Assembly: GCA_963729045.1 (NCBI GenBank)
Contig: CAVSMN010000016.1
Location: forward strand, 1 to 64,000
Origin: an uncultured Nitrososphaeraceae archaeon
GTDB taxonomy: Archaea; Thermoproteota; Nitrososphaeria; Nitrososphaerales; Nitrososphaeraceae
Direction: 5' to 3'
Length of the DNA: 64,000 nt
Numbering within the stretch: the first letter of the stretch is position 1; each line of letters starts with the position of its first letter. A model generated the notes under the pieces. It was not told where the DNA came from. It was given only the letters and a program-made list of their open reading frames with translations, and made no database searches. Shown one piece after another: positions 21,902 to 32,783 of this stretch. The position numbers and the translations under genes are program-made.

Positions 21902-24900
21902 TTAGTTGCCGAATAAATTCTTCATACTATCTGTAAATCCAGGGAATCCATCAGAAAAAAGGCCACCACCACTGCTGATATTTGTGCTGTTCAGACTTTT
22001 AGATTTGGAAGCTGGAGGTGTGCTATCTTTACTTGAGGCTGGAGGTGTGCTATCTTTACTTGAGGCTGGAGGTGTGCTATCTTTACTTGAGGCTGGAGGT
22101 GTGCTATCTTCAGCTGAATTGTCAGATTCAGTTTCAGGCTCAGGCTCAGGCGGAAGATCAATTGCGTTTACTGTTATTGCTACAGTGGCTGTATTGCTGT
22201 CAACTGTTCCATCATTGGCCTTGAAGGTAAAACTATCCTGTCCTGTAAATCCGGCATTAGATGTATAGACTAGGCTACCTGTGTCTTCGTCAAGGTCTGT
22301 GATGGTGCCTGATTTTGGTTGTGAAACTATAGCATATGTCAAAGCATTGCCACCTGGGTCTGTAGCCGTGAGAGTTATCTCTGTTGGATCAGCCGTATTT
22401 GCAGTTACCTGCTGATCATCGGCTACTGGTGGATCAATGGTCTGCGCTTACTGTTATTGCTACAGTGGCTGTATTACTATCAACTGTTCCATCATTGGCC
22501 TTGAAGGTAAAACTATCCTTTCCTGTAAATCCGGCATTAGATGTATAGACTAGGCTACCTGTGTCTTCGTCAAGGTCTGTGATGGTGCCTGATTTTGGTT
22601 GTGAAACTATAGCATATGTCAAAGCATTGCCACCTGGGTCTGTAGCCGTGAGAGTTATCTCTGTTGGATCAGCCGTATTTGCAGTTACCTGCTGATCATC
22701 GGCTACTGGTGGATCAATGGTCGCGCTTACTGTTATTGCTACAGTGGCTGTATTACTGTCAACTGTTCCATCATTGGCCTTGAAGGTAAAACTATCCCGT
22801 CCTGTAAATCCGGCATTAGATGTATAGACTAGGCTACCTGTGTCTTCGTCAAGGTCTGTGATGGTGCCTGATTTTGGTTGTGAAACTATAGCATATGTCA
22901 AAGCATTGCCACCTGGGTCTGTAGCCGTGAGAGTTATCTCTGTTGGATCAGCCGTATTTGCAGTTACCTGCTGATCATCGGCTACTGGTGGATCAATGGT
23001 CGCGCTTACTGTTATTGCTACAGTGGCTGTATTGCTGTCAACTGTTCCATCATTGGCCTTGAAGGTAAAACTATCCTGTCCTGTAAATCCGGCATCAGAT
23101 GTATAGACTAGGCTACCTGTGTCTTCGTCAAGGTCTGTGATGGTGCCTGATTTTGGTTGTGAAACTATAGCATATGTCAAAGCATTGCCACCTGGGTCTG
23201 TAGCCGTGAGAGTTATCTCTGTTGGATCAGCCGTATTTGCAGTTACCTGCTGATCATCGGCTACTGGTGGATCAATGGTCGCGCTTACTGTTATTGCTAC
23301 AGTGGCTGTATTACTGTCAACTGTTCCATCATTGGCCTTGAAGGTAAAACTATCCCGTCCTGTAAATCCGGCATTAGATGTATAGACTAGGCTACCTGTG
23401 TCTTCGTCAAGGTCTGTGATGGTGCCTGATTTTGGTTGTGAAACTATAGCATATGTCAAAGCATTGCCACCTGGGTCTGTAGCCGTGAGAGTTATCTCTG
23501 TTGGATCAGCCGTATTTGCAGTTACCTGCTGATCATCGGCTACTGGTGGATCAATGGTCGCGCTTACTGTTATTGCTACAGTGGCTGTATTACTGTCAAC
23601 TGTTCCATCATTGGCCTTGAAGGTAAAACTATCCTGTCCTGTAAATCCGGCATTAGATGTATAGACTAGGCTACCTGTGTCTTCGTCAAGGTCTGTGATG
23701 GTGCCTGATTTTGGTTGTGAAACTATAGCATATGTCAAAGCATTGCCACCTGGGTCTGTAGCCGTGAGAGTTATCTCTGTTGGATCAGCCGTATTTGCAG
23801 TTACCTGCTGATCATCGGCTACTGGTGGATCGTTGACTGGCTGCAAATTTTGAACTATCACTTTAATGGTTTTTTCGGAGAATAAATCATTTTTGTCAGT
23901 TATCTTTACTTTGAAAAACATGACTTGATTTGAAGTTCCTCCAAGAATTGGAGCATTAAATGATGCCTTTGACTTATAAATGTCCAACAAATCTACCTTC
24001 ATACCTGCAATTTGACTCCATTCATACTCTAGACTTTTCCCATCTTTTGAATCAAAACTACCCGATGCGTCCAATATCACACCATTAACTCCTTCATCGA
24101 CGGTGATCTCATTTTCTAAACTCACTACGGGTGGGTTACAGCCTGTTCTGTCCCTAATTGACGTGAATGAATTATCGACAAAATTAGTAACGTCTTGATT
24201 AAATAAATCTAACACGGAAGCTTTTGAAAAACTATAACTAAACGAATCTAGATATTCGCAAATTAGATGATCATAGCTCCCATCATCTTGAACATTACCA
24301 ATTGCATTGTTCAATGAATCTGATAATTCTTCTTGTAAGTTAGGAGGCATAATTATTGTAGATACAAAATCACGAAGATTTACAATGGCATCCTCAAGGG
24401 ATATGATTGTCCATGAAAAGAATTGGGGGTTTGGATCTTTGTTGTTTGAGGTATCTACTGCCCTGACTTGAAATGAATGATCTCCTGTTTCAAGGTTCAT
24501 GTAATAACATCCAGATTTATTATTTCCCTGGTAATCTATCGTACTTGGACGCCAATTCCCGTCATCTAGTTTACATTCAAAGCCTTTGACACCTACTAGA
24601 TCAGAACCTGAAAATGCAAATCCAATGTCATCAGAATTTGTAAAATCGTTGTTAACTAAAATGCCCATCCAACCTGTTTTAACAACTCCAAGCTCAGTTG
24701 TGGGAGGGGTGGTATCTCGTACTAATACCTCAAATGAGGCCCTTGCATCATTTCCTGCTTCATCCACAGTGGTGCAATCTACCGTTGAAGTTCCTAAGGC
24801 AAACATGCTTCCGCTTTGTGGTGTACAGCCAACATCTAGAGGAGTCCCGGTAGCATTTGTTGCTGAGACGGTATAGGAAACAACGGAACCTTGTGGTCCT

Positions 24901-25088
24901 GTTGCTTCCGCGATTACTGGACTAGATGGAACATTGATTATTGGATCCTTATCATCATCATTCCCAGAGCCATTATTTTGCGCGTATACGTTAGACCAGG
25001 ATGAATAATTAATGTATACGGTCGCTGATAATATTAATACAAACACAAGTATGAAATTCTTGTTCAATATTAAATCAAAAAAGGGCAA
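21902..25088 (-). CDS. Large secreted adhesin-like protein: HYR-like, PKD/REJ-like and six tandem Ig-like (Big_9/cadherin-like) repeats (extra base near 22443)
   Basis: Signal peptide; EATGPQGSVVSY...SGSMFALGTSTVDC (HYR-like); LDASGSFD...YEWSQIAG (PKD-like); 93-aa repeats with FTGxDSFTFKANDG; ORFs 22434..25088 and 21902..22342 join if one base is removed. Confidence 0.85.
22011..22110 (-). repeat. 27-bp coding tandem repeat, about 3.7 copies (KDSTPPASS linker)
   Basis: gctggaggtgtgctatctttacttgag at 22011, 22038, 22065 and partial at 22092. Confidence 0.95.
22166..23831 (-). repeat. 279-bp coding tandem repeat, six near-identical copies
   Basis: Unit PPVADDQQVTANTADP...TATVAITVSATID recurs every 279 nt (280 at the frameshift). 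Confidence 0.95.
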
Positions 25089-25333
25089 CTATTTAAGTCA
25101 TATCATGATAACAACAACTTCTGAGGAAAAAAAGATATTAATTTTTTCACCGTGACTTAATTGCTATAGTTTTTCGCAATTTCAAAATACCATTTTTAGT
25201 CATTATTTGTCTGTCTGAATCTGTATCAATAAATTTGAGTTTGGAGATTGGGAATCATTGGTATCTAGAACAATAAATCAACTAGCAAAATGTGGATGAA
25301 TCTTAACGAGATTTATTATTAAAGAATGATATT

Positions 25334-25356
25334 TAGTAAGATTATTTCAGAATCTG
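25334..25356 (+). promoter_or_regulatory. Conserved 23-bp upstream element, copy 2
   Basis: Exact match to 21097..21119, ends 41 nt before ATG 25397. Confidence 0.7.
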
Positions 25357-25396
25357 ATTTAACAATCCAATTATATAATACGATACTTTATCTTGC

Positions 25397-25682
25397 ATGA
25401 ATAAAAAAATTCAATTGTCAATCTTGTCAATCTTTATTGCAGCAGCCCTTAATTGGCTCAGTAGCAACCTATGGTGATAACATGGCCTTTGCAGGTGGAG
25501 ATAATCACGATGGTGACAAAAAGAAGAAAAAATCTAATGAAGCATTACAAGGAATAGGTCAAGATACAGAAACACTCCAAGCATCAAGCTGTGGTTCTGG
25601 TAACGATACAACTGCATCATGCAACAACGTAGCCTTGTCATTTAACTTAAATGATGGCAACAACGCATTAGGTCAACAATAA
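25397..25682 (+). CDS. Small secreted Q/N-ladder Cx9C protein, copy B (extra C near 25447)
   Basis: ATG 25397 MNKKIQLSILSIFIAAA then gcagcccttaatt versus gcagccttaatt in copy A; continues as ORF 25437..25682. Confidence 0.8.
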
Positions 25683-25862
25683 GACCTCTTTTTGTTTTTA
25701 AAAATCTGACTTTTAGTAAATATCTTCCATATTCTAATATCTCTAATTATACTATAATTTTTCTATAATATTCGGTTTTCGTAGATTTGAAAAAAGAATT
25801 TGTTACTCTGATAATGAATCTTTACGAATTACATATCTTGGTTATGCTATTTAGTTAAATTA

Positions 25863-25970
25863 AATTCCTCATTAGTAATTTTATCTATCATAAAACTATA
25901 CCAGAAGTTAATATACTATCTATAAACTAATTCCTCATTAGTAATTTTATCTATCATAAAACTATACCAG
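25863..25970. repeat. Perfect 42-bp direct repeat, two copies, 24-nt spacer
   Basis: aattcctcattagtaattttatctatcataaaactataccag at 25863..25904 and 25929..25970. Confidence 0.9.
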
Positions 25971-26068
25971 TATTTGATATTTGTCGAGTGTTGTATAATC
26001 AAGATCTGAAACTAAGAGAAGATAAAATTTTCAATATTTCATAAATGATCTACCATCGATACTAATAT

Positions 26069-26868
26069 GTGAATAGCAAAAGCCGTCAACATGCTAAATC
26101 ATACATCCTTACTTTAATGGTACTTTTGAGTATTTTTAGCACAAGTGTATATTCAAAGCGTTGACGCATTTAGTATAGGTTTACCTGATATTCCTTTTCT
26201 TAATTTTAATTTTGACAATAATTCTCCTAAAGAAGATAGTTCATCCATTTTTGATTTGGGTGCAATCACAAATAATATTCCAAAATCCCATTCCGACGAA
26301 GATGACGGGAAGGATAATTCAGAATCTGATTATAGGGCGTTCTTATAGCAGCAATAGCAATGGACAGTCCAATGATGAGACTACTCAACCTAGTTCTGCA
26401 TCTCTTCCATTTCCAGCAAATATGATGAACTCAGTTTATAGTAACGAAAATGAGAATACAAATGATATCAACAAAACGCCTTTAAAACTCCAAGATACTT
26501 TACCATTAGTTGGTGATTATTCTGACGTTCCATCTACCTTTCTCTCAGATACAATGACTTTTGATGATGATGTAATCCCAGGGCAATATATTGTTGTATT
26601 TAAAGACGATGATACAACTGTCTCTGACTTTTTTTCAATGCTATCAAGTAAAATTGACACACAGAACATCGAAGTGCTACAAGTCTATGAGAATGTGCTA
26701 AACGGATTGACAATTCGAGCCCCAAATGATAAAGTTGTCGAAACCATAGAGCAACTTCCGATTGTTGACTATGTAGAAAAGGATATGATGGCTCAGGCTT
26801 TTGCACAAACTTTACCAAGTGCGGTTCTAGAGGTCCTATCATTGGACACCAAAACTACAAAATCCTAA
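26069..26868 (+). pseudogene. Secreted protein ending in a subtilisin propeptide (inhibitor I9) domain; truncated S8 protease, frameshifted
   Basis: IPGQYIVVFKDD...VYENVLNGLTI...IVDYVEKDMMAQAFAQTLP followed by an early stop; signal peptide from GTG 26069 in another frame. Confidence 0.7.
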
Positions 26869-27248
26869 CTAATTTTGACAACTATAGGTTAGTTCTAGAC
26901 ATAATTGCATATTGCAGATATTTACTTAATTTATGAATTACCAACAAATGCTGCTTCAGCTGACAGATTTTTTTTGCTGTAATTGATAGCCATTCGATCC
27001 TTTACTTGAACTATCCTTTAGCAGGCTTTTAACTACTGGTAGTGTAGTGTCAACTGATAGGGATTCTAATCTATCCATTCTTGCGATGGAATTGGACATG
27101 GGTACTGTGCATGTGATGAAAGTGAACTTTAAGATCCACTTTTTTTGTGAAAAATAACTTCTCTTGTATCACCCGATACATTCTGTTATAAAACGATTGG
27201 CAATTACAAAAAAATTAAAGTTCTGAAGGCACAGCAGAATTCAAACAA

Positions 27249-27552
27249 TCAGGGGCAGCTTTGTATGCAGGCTTGTCCTGGTGGGCATGGAGGCATATCG
27301 CAATCTACCGTATTGTCTTGATTGTCATCTGTACCTGTATCTGAGGAATTCTCTGTGGATTCATTTTGAGCCTGTCCTACATCCAACCATATCTTTCAAG
27401 TCAAATGGCATTAGTTGGTCTTTGGCACTAACGATGGATGCTGAGACGGTAAGAAAGTTGTTTTCGAAGTAAGATGCAAGAAAAGTTGACAAAACTAGGA
27501 TGCCGAATATTGATAGAGTTAATATCTTGTGCAATAATGAATGTATTATCAA
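27249..27552 (-). CDS. Small secreted protein with C-terminal CDMPPCPPGQACIQSCP motif (frameshift near 27385)
   Basis: ORF 27361..27552 signal peptide; shifted frame reads DVGQAQNESTENSSDTGTDDNQDNTVDCDMPPCPPGQACIQSCP*. Confidence 0.7.
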
Positions 27553-27624
27553 ATGGTATAAAAAATTTTGATCCTTGACTACCGTTATATACTAAGTTGA
27601 ACTTTTTTCAACGGTGCAAATTGT

Positions 27625-27891
27625 ATGAACATAATCAAAACAGAAACACCGTTTTTAGTTGAAGCCAAATCGACTGGTGGTAATAACAGAAAAAACAGAA
27701 ATATTACTTACCACTTTATAGAATCCGCTCATACATTATGCTTGAATAAGGAAGAACTACTGCAAGCACAGCTTAAGGCCTGTCAAAGACTATTAAAACT
27801 TCCATATGAAAAAGAGGATGACAAGGACATTATTGAAAATGAGATAATAAAATTAAGTCAGGTTTTGAATGTAATTCGCAATTATCACTGA
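27625..27891 (+). CDS. Hypothetical protein
   Basis: 88-aa ORF, helical composition. Confidence 0.55.
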   Translation: MNIIKTETPFLVEAKSTGGNNRKNRNITYHFIESAHTLCLNKEELLQAQLKACQRLLKLPYEKEDDKDIIENEIIKLSQVLNVIRNYH

Positions 27892-28092
27892 GAGCAAATC
27901 GCTGAGAACAAACGTCACGATGAATAAACCTGACAAATATTTGTGATGTGGGTGAGATTTAGTCTTTCTTTATCCCTTTAGCATTCTTTTCTCGAGTTGC
28001 ATTTTGAGATTATGATGTTATTCTATGAATAATAGAAATATGACAACAGTATTTAATTTGAACCTTAGATTTCTGGATACGTTTTTTTATTT

Positions 28093-28512
28093 TCATAATG
28101 TCCATGGTTTTAGATTCTTTAAGAGATCATTCGGAATTGATTCACTCCATGTCTTTAAAAATTCCAAGTCTTTTTTCTTATCTCTAAGTTCGTCTGGTAG
28201 AATTATTGGGATCTCTTCGGTTATGGGATAAAATCTAAGACATGACCTACAAAGCAACAGGCCCTCCTCAACAATCTCAGTGGCCCCTTTATTCATATCT
28301 GAAGCAGAATTACTTGTTGGACTTGTACTTGCATCGTTCATTTTTCTACCATTTTCATTCTCACTTGTTAAGGGATTTTTAGTATCTTGACCCTCGTTAT
28401 TTGAGATTGTATTAACACTAGCAAATATTGCTTTAGCCTTAAACTGAAATAGCTCGAGACTAGATACCTTGTCAAATGGACATACAAGAATATCTAAGAG
28501 TTTTTTATTCAT
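28093..28512 (-). CDS. trm112: Trm112-family methyltransferase activator
   Basis: LLDILVCPFDK...EGLLLCRSCLRFYPITEEIPIILPD with a low-complexity insertion. Confidence 0.88.
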   Translation of the reverse strand: MNKKLLDILVCPFDKVSSLELFQFKAKAIFASVNTISNNEGQDTKNPLTSENENGRKMNDASTSPTSNSASDMNKGATEIVEEGLLLCRSCLRFYPITEEIPIILPDELRDKKKDLEFLKTWSESIPNDLLKNLKPWTL

Positions 28513-29070
28513 GATTATTCACAATGGGAAACAATATAATTTAATTATTTAATATTTGATCACATCCTTTTTTCAACTAGGAAGTTGGAACGATTATCTT
28601 TAATGTATGGTAGGCTGTGGTATTTGCTCCCGATTTACAAAACATTCTACGGTCGTTTTTTAACATGTATTTTTGCCTGTAAGCATTGTTATGCCTATTT
28701 GATAAACAATTCATTCTACGTATAAACAGAACATCTTGAGTCGTCACCTAACCTATCGATATGAAAGATCCAAAAAAGAATCAATAGCATAGACTCTGAG
28801 TGTTGGGATAAATCTACTATTTATTTTTTAATGGTATATCTAAGAGAATCGGGTTATTTTCTCCTTTTTTCAAATCTATGGATTTTTTCAATAATGGGGA
28901 GTTGCATAGTAATTTATTTTGTTGATAGTTATCGGCTTTTCAAATATTCCCGTGTTACCTCGCGGACTAAAACCGGCGGATAATAGAAATGAAATATTAT
29001 TTTGGCCCGAATTCTCCAATATCCAGGTCATTACCCAAGTTTGATCCGACCAAAGAGAATAACGCGTTGC

Positions 29071-29844
29071 TTATTGGGTTTGGTTACCTATGTAAAATAT
29101 CACAGGCAGGGTTACAGTTATCTTGTTTTTTTGAGGGATTATCTGAGTGGAAGGTGACGGCATTTTTTCGGCAGCGTCTCCAGCATAATTGTCGTAGAAA
29201 TAGACTGGTGGGGTATATCCTCCTTCAGAACTTGTATCAATTTTTTTCACTCCTGCGATTGTAAAGTTGCCTTCCGTACCCAAAATTTCGGCTTTTTGTT
29301 TGGCATTTCTAAAAGCATCTTTTAATAATTCCATACTATTCTCATCCAATGTTTTCTTTGAAATTACAAAGTCAATGTTTTCAACCCTATTTGCACCATT
29401 ATTAACGGCTAGATCAATGAATTTGGAGATATTTGCATTTGCTGAGGTTTTTAGTTCTATTTTATTAAGAGCAGTATAGGATATTATTCTGTCATAATTG
29501 CTGTTTTCATAGTCGTAATTAGGTGTTATCTGGTAGTTTGATGTAGTAATGTTTTCATCTGAAAGCCCGGCTTGCTTTAGGACATTTATTATCGTATTCA
29601 TCTTGTCAGCATTATTTTTTCTAGCTGTATTGGGATTTGCATTAGTATTTTCGACTGCCAAAGATATTCTAGACTCATCTGAAGGAATTTCTTTTTCTGC
29701 GCTTCCAGTTGTTGAAATTGTAGGTTTTTCTTCGGGAATTACAAAACTCTGAGCATCAACGATAGAGATATTTGAAGTCATCACAGAAATCGGAAGTATA
29801 ATAATCAGCGTTAGAATCGGGTATAATTTTTTATTAAAATCCAT
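29071..29844 (-). CDS. SIMPL (DUF541/BP26) domain protein
   Basis: TISTTGSAEKEIPSD, ITTSNYQITPNYDY, GANRVENIDF, AFRNAKQKAE. Confidence 0.88.
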   Translation of the reverse strand: MDFNKKLYPILTLIIILPISVMTSNISIVDAQSFVIPEEKPTISTTGSAEKEIPSDESRISLAVENTNANPNTARKNNADKMNTIINVLKQAGLSDENITTSNYQITPNYDYENSNYDRIISYTALNKIELKTSANANISKFIDLAVNNGANRVENIDFVISKKTLDENSMELLKDAFRNAKQKAEILGTEGNFTIAGVKKIDTSSEGGYTPPVYFYDNYAGDAAEKMPSPSTQIIPQKNKITVTLPVIFYIGNQTQ

Positions 29845-29957
29845 AAAAAAAATTGTGATATTATTCTTATTTAAGATTTATTATTAATATCAATTTATTA
29901 GAAGATTTTTGAATCATTTGTTAAAAAGTTATATTCCCACAACTTTTAGATAAAAAA

Positions 29958-30347
29958 GTGGAAAAAATAAACCAAAAGCTTCCTAGAGGAATTTTGATAA
30001 TCACTATACTTACGATAATTAGTGGTGTATTGCTTGTAATGATGTCCGTTTATGCATTTAATCTGTTAATGCCGCTAGGCGGAATTTATCTTATGGGACC
30101 CACATTTTTGTTAATTTTGGGAGCAGCATCATTATTAACTGCCTATGGATTGTATATGCGGAAGAACTGGTCATGGAAACTACTGCTGGTATTGTCAGGA
30201 TTTGGTGCTGCTGGGTATTTACTAAATGTTGTAAATGGACAGTTCGTTTCCATTTTTGGAGTACTGTATAACGCTATCATCATTTATTATATGTACAGAC
30301 CTCATGTAAGAAGGTATTATGGAATAAGATCTAAAGGGAAAAGATAA
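29958..30347 (+). CDS. Four-TM membrane protein
   Basis: 129 aa, PRGILII...IIYYMYRPHVRRYY pattern. Confidence 0.7.
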   Translation: MEKINQKLPRGILIITILTIISGVLLVMMSVYAFNLLMPLGGIYLMGPTFLLILGAASLLTAYGLYMRKNWSWKLLLVLSGFGAAGYLLNVVNGQFVSIFGVLYNAIIIYYMYRPHVRRYYGIRSKGKR

Positions 30348-30542
30348 TTCTTTCTTCCAATTGTGCTCAATATTAGACCTTTGAATCAAATCTGGCTTAT
30401 TTTCATTAACTAACTGTACGAAATGCGTTCTTATGTGAGAGGACTAGTTCATAGTTTCAATGCCAAAATTAATATACCCGGTTGAGGAATAGTCGGAATA
30501 TGATTCAGGGATTTTCATAGAGACTACATTAAATACATTGAT

Positions 30543-31613
30543 TCAAAATTTATTTATTATTGACTTCAGTCCCTCGAAAGACTCGGCCGTTTTTATCGCT
30601 TTTTCAATTTCTTTTAGAGTAAAAATATGAGTTATCAATTCCTTCAATCTTATTTCATTGCTACTTACAAGACTCATTGCCTCTCGCAAGTTCTCTGGAT
30701 TTGAACTAAAACTACCATAAATTGATATCTGTTCATAGTGTATAATGTTGGGATCGATACTAATTAATTTGGTCGTCCCTTTGTCATCTATCTTTTTTAT
30801 ACCTGAAAAAATCATAATTTTCCCATTCTTATTGACTAATTTTAAAGCGAGATTTATTGAGTTTGGATTATTGTTAGAAATAAAAACTAAATTTGGAGAT
30901 CTGTGTCCATTCATTTCCTTTAATGAGGCCAAATCGTGATCTAAATAATTATCCTTGATTTGTATGATTTTATCAGCTCCAATCCTTCTTGCCGATTCTA
31001 ATCTATGATTAATTTTACCAATTATGGTTATTTTTGATTTGGGGAATATTTTCTTTAACAACATTAATTGCATGAGTCCAATGGGACCATCACCAATAAT
31101 TATGATGGACTCAAAGTCCAAATTTTTTATCTGATTAATGCCATTTATACAACAAGCCAGAGGTTCAATCAATGAAGCCTCCTCATTAGATATTTCTTCA
31201 GGTACTGGTACTATTCCTCCGATTTCAAATATTTTAGTTGGAACTTTAATATATTCAGCAAATCCGCCATTAATAGTAGAGCCAATTTCCTTTAAGTTTG
31301 AACATAAGTTATATTTCCTATTCTTACAAAACCAGCATTCAAAACATGGGACTATTGGATAAATGGATACTCTGGAATTGGACTTGATAGTAAAATTTTT
31401 TCCTCTATAATCAGAAAGAGTCTCAGCACAAATCTCGTGACCTAAAATAACAGGAGGAGTTACCTTAAAACTTCCATTTCTGAATGTCCTAACATCATAG
31501 CTACAAACTGAACATGTTAGAATCTTTAAAATTATTTCGTCCTGAGATTTCGTATTTATATCTATATTTTCAATTTTTATATCATTAGGTCCATAGTAAA
31601 GTGCGGCATTCAT
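30543..31613 (-). CDS. Zn-dependent polyol/cyclitol dehydrogenase (MDR family)
   Basis: CSYD, LGHE, CxxCxxC-x7-C, EPLACC and GDGPIG motifs. Confidence 0.88.
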   Translation of the reverse strand: MNAALYYGPNDIKIENIDINTKSQDEIILKILTCSVCSYDVRTFRNGSFKVTPPVILGHEICAETLSDYRGKNFTIKSNSRVSIYPIVPCFECWFCKNRKYNLCSNLKEIGSTINGGFAEYIKVPTKIFEIGGIVPVPEEISNEEASLIEPLACCINGINQIKNLDFESIIIIGDGPIGLMQLMLLKKIFPKSKITIIGKINHRLESARRIGADKIIQIKDNYLDHDLASLKEMNGHRSPNLVFISNNNPNSINLALKLVNKNGKIMIFSGIKKIDDKGTTKLISIDPNIIHYEQISIYGSFSSNPENLREAMSLVSSNEIRLKELITHIFTLKEIEKAIKTAESFEGLKSIINKF

Positions 31614-31682
31614 TGGTAGATCAATTTTTTATATCTACTCGTGTCATTATTGTATATATATTTAATTTGGAACTAATATAGA

Positions 31683-32492
31683 ATGGCGCGATTTTTCGAC
31701 CCACATATTCATATGTATTCAAGGACGACTGATGACTATGAGAAAATGTCAACTGCCGGTATCGAGGTTATAGTTCAGCCGTCATTTTGGCTAGGAGCAC
31801 CCCGCACAAGTGTTGGTACTTTTGTAGATTATTGGGAGCACATGATCACCTTTGAAACGAAAAGGGCCAAAGAGCATGGCATAGAACACTTCACCTGTAT
31901 TTCAGTTAATCCAAAAGAATCGGTAGAAAGACCTTTAGCAATAGACGCATATAATGCTATGATAGAGGGGGAATTCCTAAAAAGAGAACGAGTAGTTGCT
32001 CTTGGTGAGATTGGATACAACCTTATCAACATCCTTGAGGAGGAAATTTTTGTGAAGCAATTGGAAGCCTGTAGAAATGAAAGTATGCTTACTATGATAC
32101 ACCTGCCACATCAAAATAAGGCTGAAGGTATGAGAAAAATGAAGAGAATATTTGAGAATGGAAATTATGATTTTGATAAGATACTGATTGATCACAATAC
32201 CGAAGAGACAATTAAGATGACTTTAGACATGGGTGCTTGGGCTGGCCTATCAGTTTATCCGGTTTCGAAGCTATCTCCAGATCGGGTCATCGGTATAGTA
32301 AATAAAAACGGAAGCGAGCGCATAATGGTTAATAGCGCAGCAGATTGGGGAATATCTGATCCACTAAGTGTACCCATGACAGCAAGAGAAATGAGAAAAA
32401 ATAAATGTTCTTCACTAGATATTGAAAGAGTTACATTCCTAAATGCATATGAATTCTATAAACAATCAGAAAAATTTACATGGAGACCCTAA
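31683..32492 (+). CDS. TatD-family hydrolase, EboB-like
   Basis: DPHIHMYSRTTDDYE, QPSFWLGAPRTSVGTF, VNPKE and NSAADWGISDPLSVP match EboB-type TatD signatures as I recall them. Confidence 0.85.
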   Translation: MARFFDPHIHMYSRTTDDYEKMSTAGIEVIVQPSFWLGAPRTSVGTFVDYWEHMITFETKRAKEHGIEHFTCISVNPKESVERPLAIDAYNAMIEGEFLKRERVVALGEIGYNLINILEEEIFVKQLEACRNESMLTMIHLPHQNKAEGMRKMKRIFENGNYDFDKILIDHNTEETIKMTLDMGAWAGLSVYPVSKLSPDRVIGIVNKNGSERIMVNSAADWGISDPLSVPMTAREMRKNKCSSLDIERVTFLNAYEFYKQSEKFTWRP

Positions 32493-32783
32493 CGACATTA
32501 GTCTCTAGATGTGTTTATGTAATAAAATGGCGATCTTGATCATCCCTCAATTTTATAAAGTGAAATCAACTTTAACTCATGAATAAAAATAAAAAAACCA
32601 CGATCTTTTTACCAAATCCAAGATAGATCGACCGTCTAATTTTTACTTGATTGTACAATTAGTATTATAAATATGGAGAACATTTTGAATAACCCAACTA
32701 AAATATAATTGATTTAATACATTTGAATTTATTTTATCCTGAATAAGAACGTTTTTATAATTCGAATAGTCTACATGTAGCTT

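Noticed and set aside
21906..22268. Plus-strand ORFs with LEAGGVLSL or YLRLEVC repeats
   Set aside because: Antisense shadows of the 27-bp repeat in the adhesin tail
22166..23831. CRISPR-like array
   Set aside because: Contiguous in-frame 279-bp coding repeats with no unique spacers and no cas genes
25863..25970. Mini-CRISPR
   Set aside because: Only two 42-bp repeats with a short AT-rich spacer and no cas genes
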